DNA of 43,593 nucleotides from Nitrospinota bacterium (GTDB lineage: Bacteria > Nitrospinota_A > UBA7883 > JACRGQ01), in the NCBI GenBank assembly GCA_016194375.1, contig JACQBU010000063.1, positions 1-43,593 of the forward strand. Reading direction: 5' to 3'. Shown here in pieces: positions 1 through 8,430 of this stretch (position 1 is its first letter; the number at the start of each line of letters is the position of its first letter). The notes below the pieces were generated by a model. It worked only from the letters and a program-made list of their open reading frames with translations. It was not told the DNA's origin and searched no databases. The position numbers were made by a program, and so were the translations under genes.

Positions 1-197
1 GAAATTTTCGAGGGGCTAAAATCCCTTTACGACAGCCTTTCTAAGAATAAATAGGGGTTCATAACGACCAAGGCGGATGGACAGGTTTGCTTCGGCGCGG
101 GATTCGCTCCCGAGGCCCCCGCCCATTCGCCCGGTCGAGGCATAAACGCGACCACCGATACAAAAAACGTTTCTAGGGGAAACCCGATGACGTCAAC

Positions 198-1769
198 ATG
201 ACAGACCCGGCATTTCAGCTCCCAAAACCGGTTGTGTTGGCGGTTGACGACACGGAAGACAACCTTTTCCTTCTCACCCACGTCCTGGGCGACGTCTACC
301 AAGTTAGGACGGCAAGCAACGGGGCCGAGGCACTGAAAGAAGTTGCGTCCGACCCCCTTCCTGACCTCGTTCTACTGGACATAATGATGCCGGGGATGGA
401 CGGATACGAGGTCATCGCCAGGATGAAGTCGACCGCCAGGACAAAGGACGTGCCCGTTATTTTCCTAACCGCGAAGGCTGACGCGAAAACGGAAAAAAAA
501 GGGCTGGAGTTGGGCGCCTCCGATTTCATCTCGAAGCCGATAAACCCTGACATCTTATTGGCGAGGGTACGCACACAATTGGCCCTAAAGAGCGTCTCCG
601 ACATTCTGCGCGACCAAAACGAGTTCCTTGAACAAGAGGTGAGACGTAGGACCTCGGAGGTGCTTGCAATCCAAGAGGAAAAGAACCGAGTGAACCGGCT
701 TTATCAGGAATCGCTCGAAAACGCCAAATCGGAGCTTGAACAGAAGGTCGAGCAACGCACCGCGTTCATAAAGAGGACATTCGGCAGGTACGTTTCTGAC
801 GAGGTGGTGGAGTTGTTGCTCGAGAATCCGGCCGGCCTCAAGCTTGGGGGCGAAAGCCGGGTTGTCACCGTCATGATGACGGATTTGCGCGGCTTCTCCG
901 TCATATCCGAGCTTTTGCATCCTGAAAAGGTGGTGGACCTTCTAAACGGATATTTTATGGACATGAACAAGGTCATCCACGCCCATCAGGGGGTGATAAA
1001 CGAAATAATGGGCGACGGCATGTTGGTGCTTTTCGGCGCGCCCAACCAACGACCCGACGACGCCGACCGCGCGGTGGCGTGCGCCTTGGAAATGCAACGC
1101 GCAATGGCGTCGGTCAACGAGCGCAACGCGCTCCGGAACCTGCCGGAATTGGAGATGGGAATAGCCCTAAACACCGGCGCCGTGGTCGCGGGGAACATCG
1201 GGTCGGAATCGAGGGTTAAATACGCCGTCGTCGGAAGCAACGTCAACCTCACCGGCCGCGTCGAATCCTACACGCTCGGCGGGCAGGTGCTCGCCACCGA
1301 GGGCGTGCTCAGGGCGGCGACGGGAAAAATCGAGACCGACAGGGAGTTCAAGGTGTCGTTCAAGGGATTCGCCGCCCCCGTGCGCGTCTACGAAATCACG
1401 GCTATTTCCGGGGCGCACAACGTGCGACTTCCCGAAGATAAAACCGTCCTCCGGCCGCTTTCCAACCCCCTGGACGTCTCCTTCCAAATCTTGGACGGAA
1501 AACTGGCGTCCGGCGAGGAATTCGCCGGGTCGGCCACGCGGCTTGCGGAAAAGGAAATGGTCATCAGTTCCGAAACTCCCATGGAGGAATACATGAACAT
1601 CAGGCTGTTCATCGGAAAACCGGGCGAAGGGAAGAAAAATGATTTTATTTACGCCAAGGTCACCGACGTCGCCGAAGGCGGAAACTACAACGTCCGCCTT
1701 ACCTTCGTTCCCCCGTCGTTAAAGGAAAACCTAAAACGGATAATGGAACAAAACCGCAGGCCCGCTTGA
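198..1769 (+). CDS. Response regulator receiver + class III nucleotide cyclase (adenylate/guanylate cyclase family), with a C-terminal ~100-aa beta-rich domain
   Basis: REC motifs (VDD, LLDIMMPGMDG, FLTA, KP); cyclase motifs VMMTDLRGF, EIMGDGML, GNIGS, VNLTGRVES. Confidence 0.9.
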   Translation: MTDPAFQLPKPVVLAVDDTEDNLFLLTHVLGDVYQVRTASNGAEALKEVASDPLPDLVLLDIMMPGMDGYEVIARMKSTARTKDVPVIFLTAKADAKTEKKGLELGASDFISKPINPDILLARVRTQLALKSVSDILRDQNEFLEQEVRRRTSEVLAIQEEKNRVNRLYQESLENAKSELEQKVEQRTAFIKRTFGRYVSDEVVELLLENPAGLKLGGESRVVTVMMTDLRGFSVISELLHPEKVVDLLNGYFMDMNKVIHAHQGVINEIMGDGMLVLFGAPNQRPDDADRAVACALEMQRAMASVNERNALRNLPELEMGIALNTGAVVAGNIGSESRVKYAVVGSNVNLTGRVESYTLGGQVLATEGVLRAATGKIETDREFKVSFKGFAAPVRVYEITAISGAHNVRLPEDKTVLRPLSNPLDVSFQILDGKLASGEEFAGSATRLAEKEMVISSETPMEEYMNIRLFIGKPGEGKKNDFIYAKVTDVAEGGNYNVRLTFVPPSLKENLKRIMEQNRRPA

Positions 1770-1791
1770 AGAGGGGGAGGCCGGACGGCCG

Positions 1792-3162
1792 CTATTCCTT
1801 TATCCCGTGGCGTTCCAGCATTTTGTAAAGGACCGACCGGTGGATTCCCAGCATTTTGGCCGCCTTGAGCTTGTTGTTGCCTGTTTTTGCCAGCGCCTCG
1901 AGTAGCACCTTTTTTTTCGCGTCGCTTAACCGCATGACGTCCTCCCCGGAGCCGGACTGCTTGTGGTCAAAAAGATTCTGGGTCCTTATCTGTTTTACGT
2001 CTATGGCCTCGAGACCGGGAATCGCGTAACAGCTTTCAATCACGTTTTGCAGTTCCCTCACGTTTCCGGGCCAGTCGTATTCCACCATCGCCTCCAGCGC
2101 CTCCTCGGTGACGCCTTTTATGTTTTTTCCGAATTTATCGTTCAGCCTCGATATCGTAAACCGGGCCAGAAGCGGGATGTCCTCCTTGCGTTCGCGCAGT
2201 GGGGGGAGCTTGATGCCCAGCACGTTAAGCCTGTAATAAAGGTCCTGCCTAAGTTTGCCGGCCTTAACGCACTCCTCGACGTTCAAGTTTGTGGCGGCTA
2301 TGACGCGGACATCCACGGGAGTCTCCTCCACGCTCCCGACCATCCTCACGGTTCCCTCCTGGAGAACGCGCAACATTTTCGCCTGAACCTCCGCCGGCAT
2401 CTCGGTAATCTCGTCCAAAAAAAGGGTGCCGCCATCGGCCGCCCTGAACAGCCCCTCGGAAGCGGACTGCGCGCCCGTGAAGGCGCCCTTTTTATGGCCG
2501 AAAAGTTCGGATTCTATGAGCTCCTTTGGCAGGGCCGCGCAGTTCACCGCGACGAACGGCATGCTGGCGCGGGACGAGCCGTAATGAATCCCTTTGGCCA
2601 CGAGCTCCTTCCCGGTGCCGCTTTCGCCGCTGATGACAACCGGGCTGGTGATGCCGGAGGCGCCGCGCATCTTTTCGAACACTTCCTTCATCTTCGCGCT
2701 GGTGCCTATCATGTCGGCGTAACGCCCCTTTAGCTCGGCGGAAAGCCGTTTGATCTCCACGTCCTTTTTCTCAATCTGGTTTTTAAGGTCCTTAATCCGC
2801 AACATGGCGCCTATCCGGGCGGAAAGCTCGTCCATGTCGAAAGGTTTGTCGATGTAATCGTCCGCGCCCACGGAAAAACCCCTTATCCTGCTCTCCTTGT
2901 CGTCATTGGCGGTGAGCATAATTATCGGCAAAAAGACGCCCTTCGTGATTTCCCGCATCCGGGTGCAGGTCTCGAAACCGTCCATGCCGGGCATCATCAA
3001 ATCCAAGAGAACCAAGTCGGGCGACACGTCGGACAGAATTTTCAACGCCTCGGTTCCGTTCGAGGCGCAAACGGTTCCGTAATCCCGCCGCTCGAGACGA
3101 GACTCCAGAACAGCCCTGTTGTTTTCCTCGTCGTCAACAATAAGTATGAGAGGCCGTTTCAT
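1792..3162 (-). CDS. Sigma54-dependent response regulator (NtrC family: REC-AAA+-Fis HTH)
   Basis: REC domain, Walker A GESGTGKE, intact GAFTGA loop, FLDEI Walker B, WPGNVRELQN, C-terminal AAKMLGIHRSVLY HTH. Confidence 0.95.
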   Translation of the reverse strand: MKRPLILIVDDEENNRAVLESRLERRDYGTVCASNGTEALKILSDVSPDLVLLDLMMPGMDGFETCTRMREITKGVFLPIIMLTANDDKESRIRGFSVGADDYIDKPFDMDELSARIGAMLRIKDLKNQIEKKDVEIKRLSAELKGRYADMIGTSAKMKEVFEKMRGASGITSPVVISGESGTGKELVAKGIHYGSSRASMPFVAVNCAALPKELIESELFGHKKGAFTGAQSASEGLFRAADGGTLFLDEITEMPAEVQAKMLRVLQEGTVRMVGSVEETPVDVRVIAATNLNVEECVKAGKLRQDLYYRLNVLGIKLPPLRERKEDIPLLARFTISRLNDKFGKNIKGVTEEALEAMVEYDWPGNVRELQNVIESCYAIPGLEAIDVKQIRTQNLFDHKQSGSGEDVMRLSDAKKKVLLEALAKTGNNKLKAAKMLGIHRSVLYKMLERHGIKE

Positions 3163-3208
3163 ATTGAGAATGCTAACACACCTTTAATAAATTTCTAAAA
3201 TAGTGTTT

Positions 3209-3247
3209 TGTTTCAGGACACTTTCAAAAAAGACATGTTTCAGGACA
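3209..3247. promoter_or_regulatory. Two direct copies of TGTTTCAGGACA (3209-3220, 3236-3247); putative enhancer (UAS) for a sigma54 activator
   Basis: Identical 12-mer twice, ~93 bp upstream of a sigma54 promoter; third copy at 5875-5886 upstream of a second sigma54 promoter. Confidence 0.65.
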
Positions 3248-3339
3248 ATATTTTTTTTACATAATATTTTTTTTGTGTAATTTCGTATAAAGTCCTAATT
3301 TATGGCATTGTTTTATTGAGCGTTATCCTTGGATTTTTC

Positions 3340-3354
3340 TGGCACGCATCTTGC
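3340..3354 (+). promoter_or_regulatory. Sigma54 (-24/-12) promoter
   Basis: TGGCAC-GCATC-TTGC, exact TGGCAC-N5-TTGC consensus, ~60 bp upstream of ATG 3416. Confidence 0.85.
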
Positions 3355-3415
3355 CAAATAAATTGCACAGTGGTTGTTTGCAATTAATTTTTATTGTGTG
3401 AGGAAGAGGAAAGAC

Positions 3416-5797
3416 ATGAGTAAGCTGTCGTGCGCAGTTTCAATCCTCCTCTTATCCTTTATATTTTCGGCTTGTAACGGCAACGGCCCTTCCCAATCAT
3501 CGTCCGGTTCATCCCCCGGTTCGTCGTCCGGCTCCTCATCGGGCTCCGCGGCAAACTTAAACGGCTGGGCGCTTTTCGAGGTGAACACGGTTACGACACC
3601 GACGCAACCATCTCAGGTCAACCACAATGATTATTTGACCGGCTCTCATTCCAAATACACCTGCAACGACTGTCATTCGATGACGCAATCGGTTCCGATT
3701 AACAAGCCAGTCCAAGCATCCGGCACAACCAAGGCGACCATGGTTACCTCCTACGTCACAAGAGATCAGATATGCGCAACCTGTCATCCGTTTTCAAAAT
3801 ACACCTCCCTGCTGACCGACGTGGACCACGTGAAGGTTGGGGCGGGATCTCACTGCAACGGCTGTCATTTTTCCGCCCCCGGGGTGGCGGGCTCCGCGAT
3901 AACGGGCTGGAGATGGTCCTCGGCCTCGTCGGTCACCCGCATATCAAGCACCCTCTGGCACAAAGACGTGCAGGGTGTTTGCACAAACTGCCATTTGCCG
4001 GCCAACGCGCCGAAATATCCGGCGAACCATTACACCGGCGGTTGCGAAACCTGCCACACCTACAATAACGGCTCATGGGGCTCCGGCAAGGGACACCCGG
4101 CGGCGACGTCCGGATGCTCCGCCTGCCATCCGGCGCAAACCCACGGTCCGATAACCGGGTTTTCGGTGATCGCAGGCTCGCAGTTTGCGGGGGTGGATTG
4201 CTCCACCTGCCACCAGCCTTCCATCACCGCAAGCTACGCGAACTGGCTGGGCGCGCCCGGCACTGGTTTCCACGCCAACATCACCGGCCCCTGCCTTAAC
4301 TGCCACGCGCCGTCCGCCATACCGACTTATCCGTCGGGCCATTACGCCGCCGAATGCCAGAAGTGCCACACTTACAACGGAGGCTCTTGGAAGGGGGCGA
4401 CGGGACACATCGCGGCCACCACGGGGTGCCTGACCTGCCATTCCGCCCATCCGCACACGCTCGCCGGAACTTCCGTTACCCCGGGGACGGTGTTCGCCGG
4501 CGCGGACTGCTCCATATGCCACCAACCCTCCGTCGCCGCAAGTTATACAAACTGGCTCGGCGCGCCCGGCGTAGGTTTCCACGCCGGCTTAACCGGCGCA
4601 TGCACGAATTGTCACACCGCCTCCGCAATCCCGACTTATCCGACGGGCCATCACACCGCGGGATGCGAATCGTGCCACACGTACAACGGAGGCTCGTGGA
4701 AGGGGGCGACGGGACACCCGTCCGTGGCTTCCGGATGCCCGACTTGCCATACGCCGCACACCCACCTCGCGATTGCCGGGACTTCCGTCACGACCGGCGC
4801 GCAGTTTACGGGAGTTGATTGCGCCACCTGCCACCAGCCCTCCGTCGCCGCAAGCTACGCGAACTGGCTGGGGGCGCCCGGCGCCGGTTTCCACGCAGGC
4901 CTTACCGGTCCGTGTACGAACTGCCACACCCCCTCCGCAATCCCGACGTATCCGGCGGGCCATAACACCGCAGGATGCGAGAAGTGCCACACTTACAACA
5001 ACGGCTCGTGGAAGGGGCACCAGGCCGTAACCGCGGGTTGCGCGACCTGCCACGCCATTCATACCCACAACCCGATGACGGGGTATTCCGTGACAAACGG
5101 CGCGCAGTTCGCTGGTGTTGATTGCTCCACCTGCCACCAGCCCTCCGTCGCCGCAAGCTATACAAACTGGCTCGGAGCGCCCGGCGCCGGGTTCCATTCG
5201 GGCATAACGGCCCCGTGCCTAGACTGCCACACGCCGTCGGCCATACCGACCTATCCCTCGGGACATTACGCATCAGGTTGCGAGGCGTGCCACACCTACA
5301 ACGGCGGGTCATGGCTGGGGGCCGCGGGACATGCAAACGTAACCACCGGTTGCAACCGGTCCGGATGCCACGCGACGCACACCCACACCACGGTGTCAAG
5401 CGCCACGCTATTGTCCCCGGAAACCTTCAGCGGGATAAGTTGCGAAAACTGCCATTCGGCTTCAATAACTTCCGGGTACGCCAACTGGCTTGGCGCCGCG
5501 CACGAGGCCTCGCCGGCGGCATGCAACACGTGCCACGCAACGCACACCCATACGACGCTCGCGTCAGGCACCATCGCAAACGGCTCGACGTTCAGCCAGT
5601 TCAGCGGAACCGGTTGTGAAAAATGCCATGCCGCCTCGGCTCCGGGGTACGCAAGCTGGCTTGGCGCCGGAAGCGGCGCGCTTCACATGACAACCCCCCC
5701 CGCTTGCAACACCTGCCACCAGAAACACAACAACACCAAAAATTGTATAAATTGCCACACCAACACCTTCTACCAATGGACTGGCGCCGGCGGCTAA
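3416..5797 (+). CDS. Large multiheme c-type cytochrome lipoprotein (26 CxxCH + 1 CxxxxCH)
   Basis: Start moved to ATG 3416 (AGGA RBS); signal MSKLSCAVSILLLSFIFSA-C lipobox, Ser-rich linker; heme motifs counted by eye; ~104-aa internal repeats. Confidence 0.92.
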   Translation: MSKLSCAVSILLLSFIFSACNGNGPSQSSSGSSPGSSSGSSSGSAANLNGWALFEVNTVTTPTQPSQVNHNDYLTGSHSKYTCNDCHSMTQSVPINKPVQASGTTKATMVTSYVTRDQICATCHPFSKYTSLLTDVDHVKVGAGSHCNGCHFSAPGVAGSAITGWRWSSASSVTRISSTLWHKDVQGVCTNCHLPANAPKYPANHYTGGCETCHTYNNGSWGSGKGHPAATSGCSACHPAQTHGPITGFSVIAGSQFAGVDCSTCHQPSITASYANWLGAPGTGFHANITGPCLNCHAPSAIPTYPSGHYAAECQKCHTYNGGSWKGATGHIAATTGCLTCHSAHPHTLAGTSVTPGTVFAGADCSICHQPSVAASYTNWLGAPGVGFHAGLTGACTNCHTASAIPTYPTGHHTAGCESCHTYNGGSWKGATGHPSVASGCPTCHTPHTHLAIAGTSVTTGAQFTGVDCATCHQPSVAASYANWLGAPGAGFHAGLTGPCTNCHTPSAIPTYPAGHNTAGCEKCHTYNNGSWKGHQAVTAGCATCHAIHTHNPMTGYSVTNGAQFAGVDCSTCHQPSVAASYTNWLGAPGAGFHSGITAPCLDCHTPSAIPTYPSGHYASGCEACHTYNGGSWLGAAGHANVTTGCNRSGCHATHTHTTVSSATLLSPETFSGISCENCHSASITSGYANWLGAAHEASPAACNTCHATHTHTTLASGTIANGSTFSQFSGTGCEKCHAASAPGYASWLGAGSGALHMTTPPACNTCHQKHNNTKNCINCHTNTFYQWTGAGG
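3980..5500 (+). repeat. Intragenic tandem repeat, ~303-318 bp period, about 5 units, four heme motifs per unit
   Basis: Equivalent Cys codons (CxxCHQPS-type motif) at 4199, 4508, 4820, 5123, 5441; repeated blocks NWLGAPGxGFH, SAIPTYPxGH, CHTYNxGSW. Confidence 0.9.
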
Positions 5798-5874
5798 CCC
5801 AAACGTCGTTTATTCCGTCAAAACCACTGGAGGCGAGCAAAACCGTTCCCACCTTTTTTTATAGAAATTTGTAT

Positions 5875-5886
5875 TGTTTCAGGACA
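5875..5886. promoter_or_regulatory. Third TGTTTCAGGACA copy (putative UAS)
   Basis: Identical to 3209-3220 (shared extension TGTTTCAGGACACTT), ~91 bp upstream of the sigma54 motif at 5977. Confidence 0.6.
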
Positions 5887-5976
5887 CTTATCGTAAAAGG
5901 CCCGTTTCCTAAGGCCGAATAATTCATCTGCCAATCATAACGCCTTGATTATCCTAAGTCTCGTAGCCATTGATTT

Positions 5977-5991
5977 TGGCATATGGTTTGC
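5977..5991 (+). promoter_or_regulatory. Sigma54 (-24/-12) promoter
   Basis: TGGCAT-ATGGT-TTGC with correct GG-N10-GC spacing. Confidence 0.75.
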
Positions 5992-6051
5992 CTTATTGGT
6001 ATCTGCCCAATGGAATGTGATAATTTAATTCAAATGTTGAGGATAAAATTG

Positions 6052-6891
6052 GTGATTGGAAAAAACCTGTCTTCTCGCGCGACTGTTTTCCTGGCGGCTC
6101 TGTTATTACTGCCAATCCTTGGTTGCGGCGAAGGCCACCCCACCATCCAGCCGTCCGGCGGAGGAGGCGGGGGCACCGTGACCGACTGGTCCACCCTAAG
6201 GGTTAACACGGTTTCCTCGGGAACGACCGTTTCCTCGGTTGACCACAAGGACTATCTTGCAGGCTCCCATTCCGCATACCAGTGCTCTGCCTGTCATTCA
6301 ATAACCCAAACCGACCCTGCGACCAACCAGACCGTGGACGTGGCGAGGGACAAAATTTGCGCGTATTGCCACCCGTTTTCCAACTATACTTCCATAATGA
6401 CCAACGTGAACCACACGACCCTAAAGACGGGAACGCACTGCAACGCCTGTCACTATTCCGCGTCCGGGGCGGCCGGCTCGACGGTCAGCGGCTGGAGATG
6501 GCCGTCCGTGGCGGGTTCAAAAACCCGGATTCCTCCCTCGCAGTGGCACAGCAACGTGAAGGGAACCTGCCTTAACTGCCACACGGCCTCGAACGAGTCA
6601 ATCCCGGCGGCGCACCCGACGATAACCCCGACCACGGCGTGCGAAACCTGCCATTATTATAGCAACGGAAAATGGGCGGGACAACACGCGCCGTACACCG
6701 CCGGGTGCCGCGCCATCGGTTGCCACAGCGGCCACTACAGCCCGTACAACTGCGAATGGTGCCACACCACGGTCGCGGCAAACGGGTATTTAAGCTGGGC
6801 ATTGTCGTTCGGCGATTCGCACCGGAGGGACTTTGACCAGCGCTCATGCTCGGCGTGCCACGCTGGCGGCGGAGGGGGAGGAGGAGATTGA
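6052..6891 (+). CDS. Multiheme c-type cytochrome lipoprotein (7 CxxCH + 1 CxxxxCH), short paralog of 3416-5797
   Basis: Lipobox ILG-C, Gly linker; N-terminal region aligns by eye with the large cytochrome (VNTV, DYLxGSHS, RDxICxxCHPFS, GWRW). Start uncertain (6034 ATG, 6049 TTG or 6052 GTG); ATG 5983 lies inside the sigma54 promoter. Confidence 0.88.
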   Translation: MIGKNLSSRATVFLAALLLLPILGCGEGHPTIQPSGGGGGGTVTDWSTLRVNTVSSGTTVSSVDHKDYLAGSHSAYQCSACHSITQTDPATNQTVDVARDKICAYCHPFSNYTSIMTNVNHTTLKTGTHCNACHYSASGAAGSTVSGWRWPSVAGSKTRIPPSQWHSNVKGTCLNCHTASNESIPAAHPTITPTTACETCHYYSNGKWAGQHAPYTAGCRAIGCHSGHYSPYNCEWCHTTVAANGYLSWALSFGDSHRRDFDQRSCSACHAGGGGGGGD

Positions 6892-6893
6892 CC

Positions 6894-7994
6894 ATGAGAA
6901 AAGGGATGTTTTTCGCCGCGACGCTTTTCTTGGCGGAGTTGTTTTTGAGCGCCAGTCCGGCGTTCGCAATCGACCTGTCCAAAATAAGCTTTAACGGATA
7001 CGTAGACGTTGAGTACAGTACCGCGGACAACGCCGAGGGAAATTACAACAGCTCCTTCCACATGCACCACCTCAGCTTCCTGCTGGACGTGCCGATTACC
7101 GACAAGCTTTCCACCTACGCCCACGTCGAGTTCGACCACGGCACAAACATCGGCACTTCGTCCGTAAACAAGACCGGCGCGCCCGTGGGGGGGGGCGACT
7201 TGGTGGTCGAAAACGCATTCATAAGGTACGTCTCGTCGGACGCGGTGCAGTTCCGGGTCGGGAGGATGCTGACCCCCTTCGGCTACTATAACGAGATACA
7301 CGACGCGACTCCCACCATCATTTCCTTCGCGGTGCCGAGAGCCATCAACAATATGGAAGACAGGGGCGGAACCACGATGTTCCCCAGATGGAACACCGGA
7401 GTGGGTATGCTCGGGACGGTTTTGCTTGGTTCCTCCACGCTGGACTACATCATGTACGTGGGAAACGGCGAGAACCCGCCTGGATTGAACGACTCGGAGT
7501 CCGACGCAAATCCCAACAAGGCTTTTGGCGCGAGGGTGAATTTCCAGCCGAACGAGCGCATGCAGATAGGAGCCTCGGTTTACAGCGGGGAGCGGGCCTT
7601 CCAAACGACGACAATCGCGCCTATTCAAAACGGGCCGCATAACACGGGCGGGCTTTTGTTCGCCCTAAACGGCGAGAAGTGTTCTTTCCTATCCGAGTAC
7701 GCGGTGTCGCAGGAACAGGGGTTCACCGAGTCGGCCGGTTACGGTCAGCTCACATATCGGCTTTTAAAGCGGCTTTCAGCCTATTACAGGCTTGAATATT
7801 CGAACCCCAACCAGTCCGTTTCCGACGACGCATGGGTCGAGCACATAGCCGGCCTGAATTTCATGCCCATGAACATATCGAACATAGTTCTCAAATTCGA
7901 GCTTTCGGACAACATCAGGGGAGCAAACAACGCGGCCGTGACGAGAGACCTTATCTACAAGGAAGCGCGCTTTGCGGTCACGTTATTTTTCTAG
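6894..7994 (+). CDS. Outer-membrane beta-barrel porin
   Basis: Sec signal ending AFA, alternating amphipathic beta-strand pattern (FNGYVDVEY, YAHVEFDH, QFRVGRMLTPFG), C-terminal Phe (AVTLFF); starts 2 bp after cytochrome stop. Confidence 0.8.
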   Translation: MRKGMFFAATLFLAELFLSASPAFAIDLSKISFNGYVDVEYSTADNAEGNYNSSFHMHHLSFLLDVPITDKLSTYAHVEFDHGTNIGTSSVNKTGAPVGGGDLVVENAFIRYVSSDAVQFRVGRMLTPFGYYNEIHDATPTIISFAVPRAINNMEDRGGTTMFPRWNTGVGMLGTVLLGSSTLDYIMYVGNGENPPGLNDSESDANPNKAFGARVNFQPNERMQIGASVYSGERAFQTTTIAPIQNGPHNTGGLLFALNGEKCSFLSEYAVSQEQGFTESAGYGQLTYRLLKRLSAYYRLEYSNPNQSVSDDAWVEHIAGLNFMPMNISNIVLKFELSDNIRGANNAAVTRDLIYKEARFAVTLFF

Positions 7995-8430
7995 CCGGAG
8001 TCTTCTCAAGGCTTCGATCGTCGCGCTTGCGCTATCCCTGGCCTTCGCGGACAAGGCGTTCGCCGAGCTGATCGTAATCGTCAACAAGGACAACCCCGCG
8101 ACAGCGTTTCGGGCGGCCGACCTTAGGAGGATTTACAACGGCGGGAAAAGGATGTTCGAAAACGGCGTTGTCATCCAGCCCGCGAACCTTGCGTCGGACA
8201 ACCCCCTTGGAAAGGATTTTTTCATCAGCGTGCTTCATATAGACGCCGAGTCGTACAGGCTTTTCTGGGTTAGGATGATATTTTCCGGAAAGGGAAGGCC
8301 GCCCGTCGAGTTTGAGACGGAGCAAGAGGCGATAAAATTTGTGGCGGCAAACAAAGGGGGGCTGGCGTTCGTGGACTCGCCCAACGCGACCGACGCGGTA
8401 AAAACGGTCAAAATTATATTTGATGACTAA
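7972..8430 (+). CDS. Small exported periplasmic-binding-protein-like protein (often labelled phosphate ABC substrate-binding-like)
   Basis: Signal peptide ending AFA; VIVNKDNP, LRRIYNG, WVRMIFSGKGRPP, VAANKGGLAFV motifs typical of the small PBP-like proteins that follow such porins. Confidence 0.7.
   Translation: MRSRYFSSRSLLKASIVALALSLAFADKAFAELIVIVNKDNPATAFRAADLRRIYNGGKRMFENGVVIQPANLASDNPLGKDFFISVLHIDAESYRLFWVRMIFSGKGRPPVEFETEQEAIKFVAANKGGLAFVDSPNATDAVKTVKIIFDD

Noticed and set aside
3374-3415. Upstream TTG start for the large cytochrome (and ATG 5983, ATG 6846 for the next genes)
   Set aside because: Downstream starts give proper RBS and signal peptides; 5983 lies within the sigma54 promoter and 6846 overlaps the previous gene
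3980-5500. Regularly spaced DNA repeats as a CRISPR array
   Set aside because: Period ~310 bp, in-frame protein repeats, no unique spacers or cas genes
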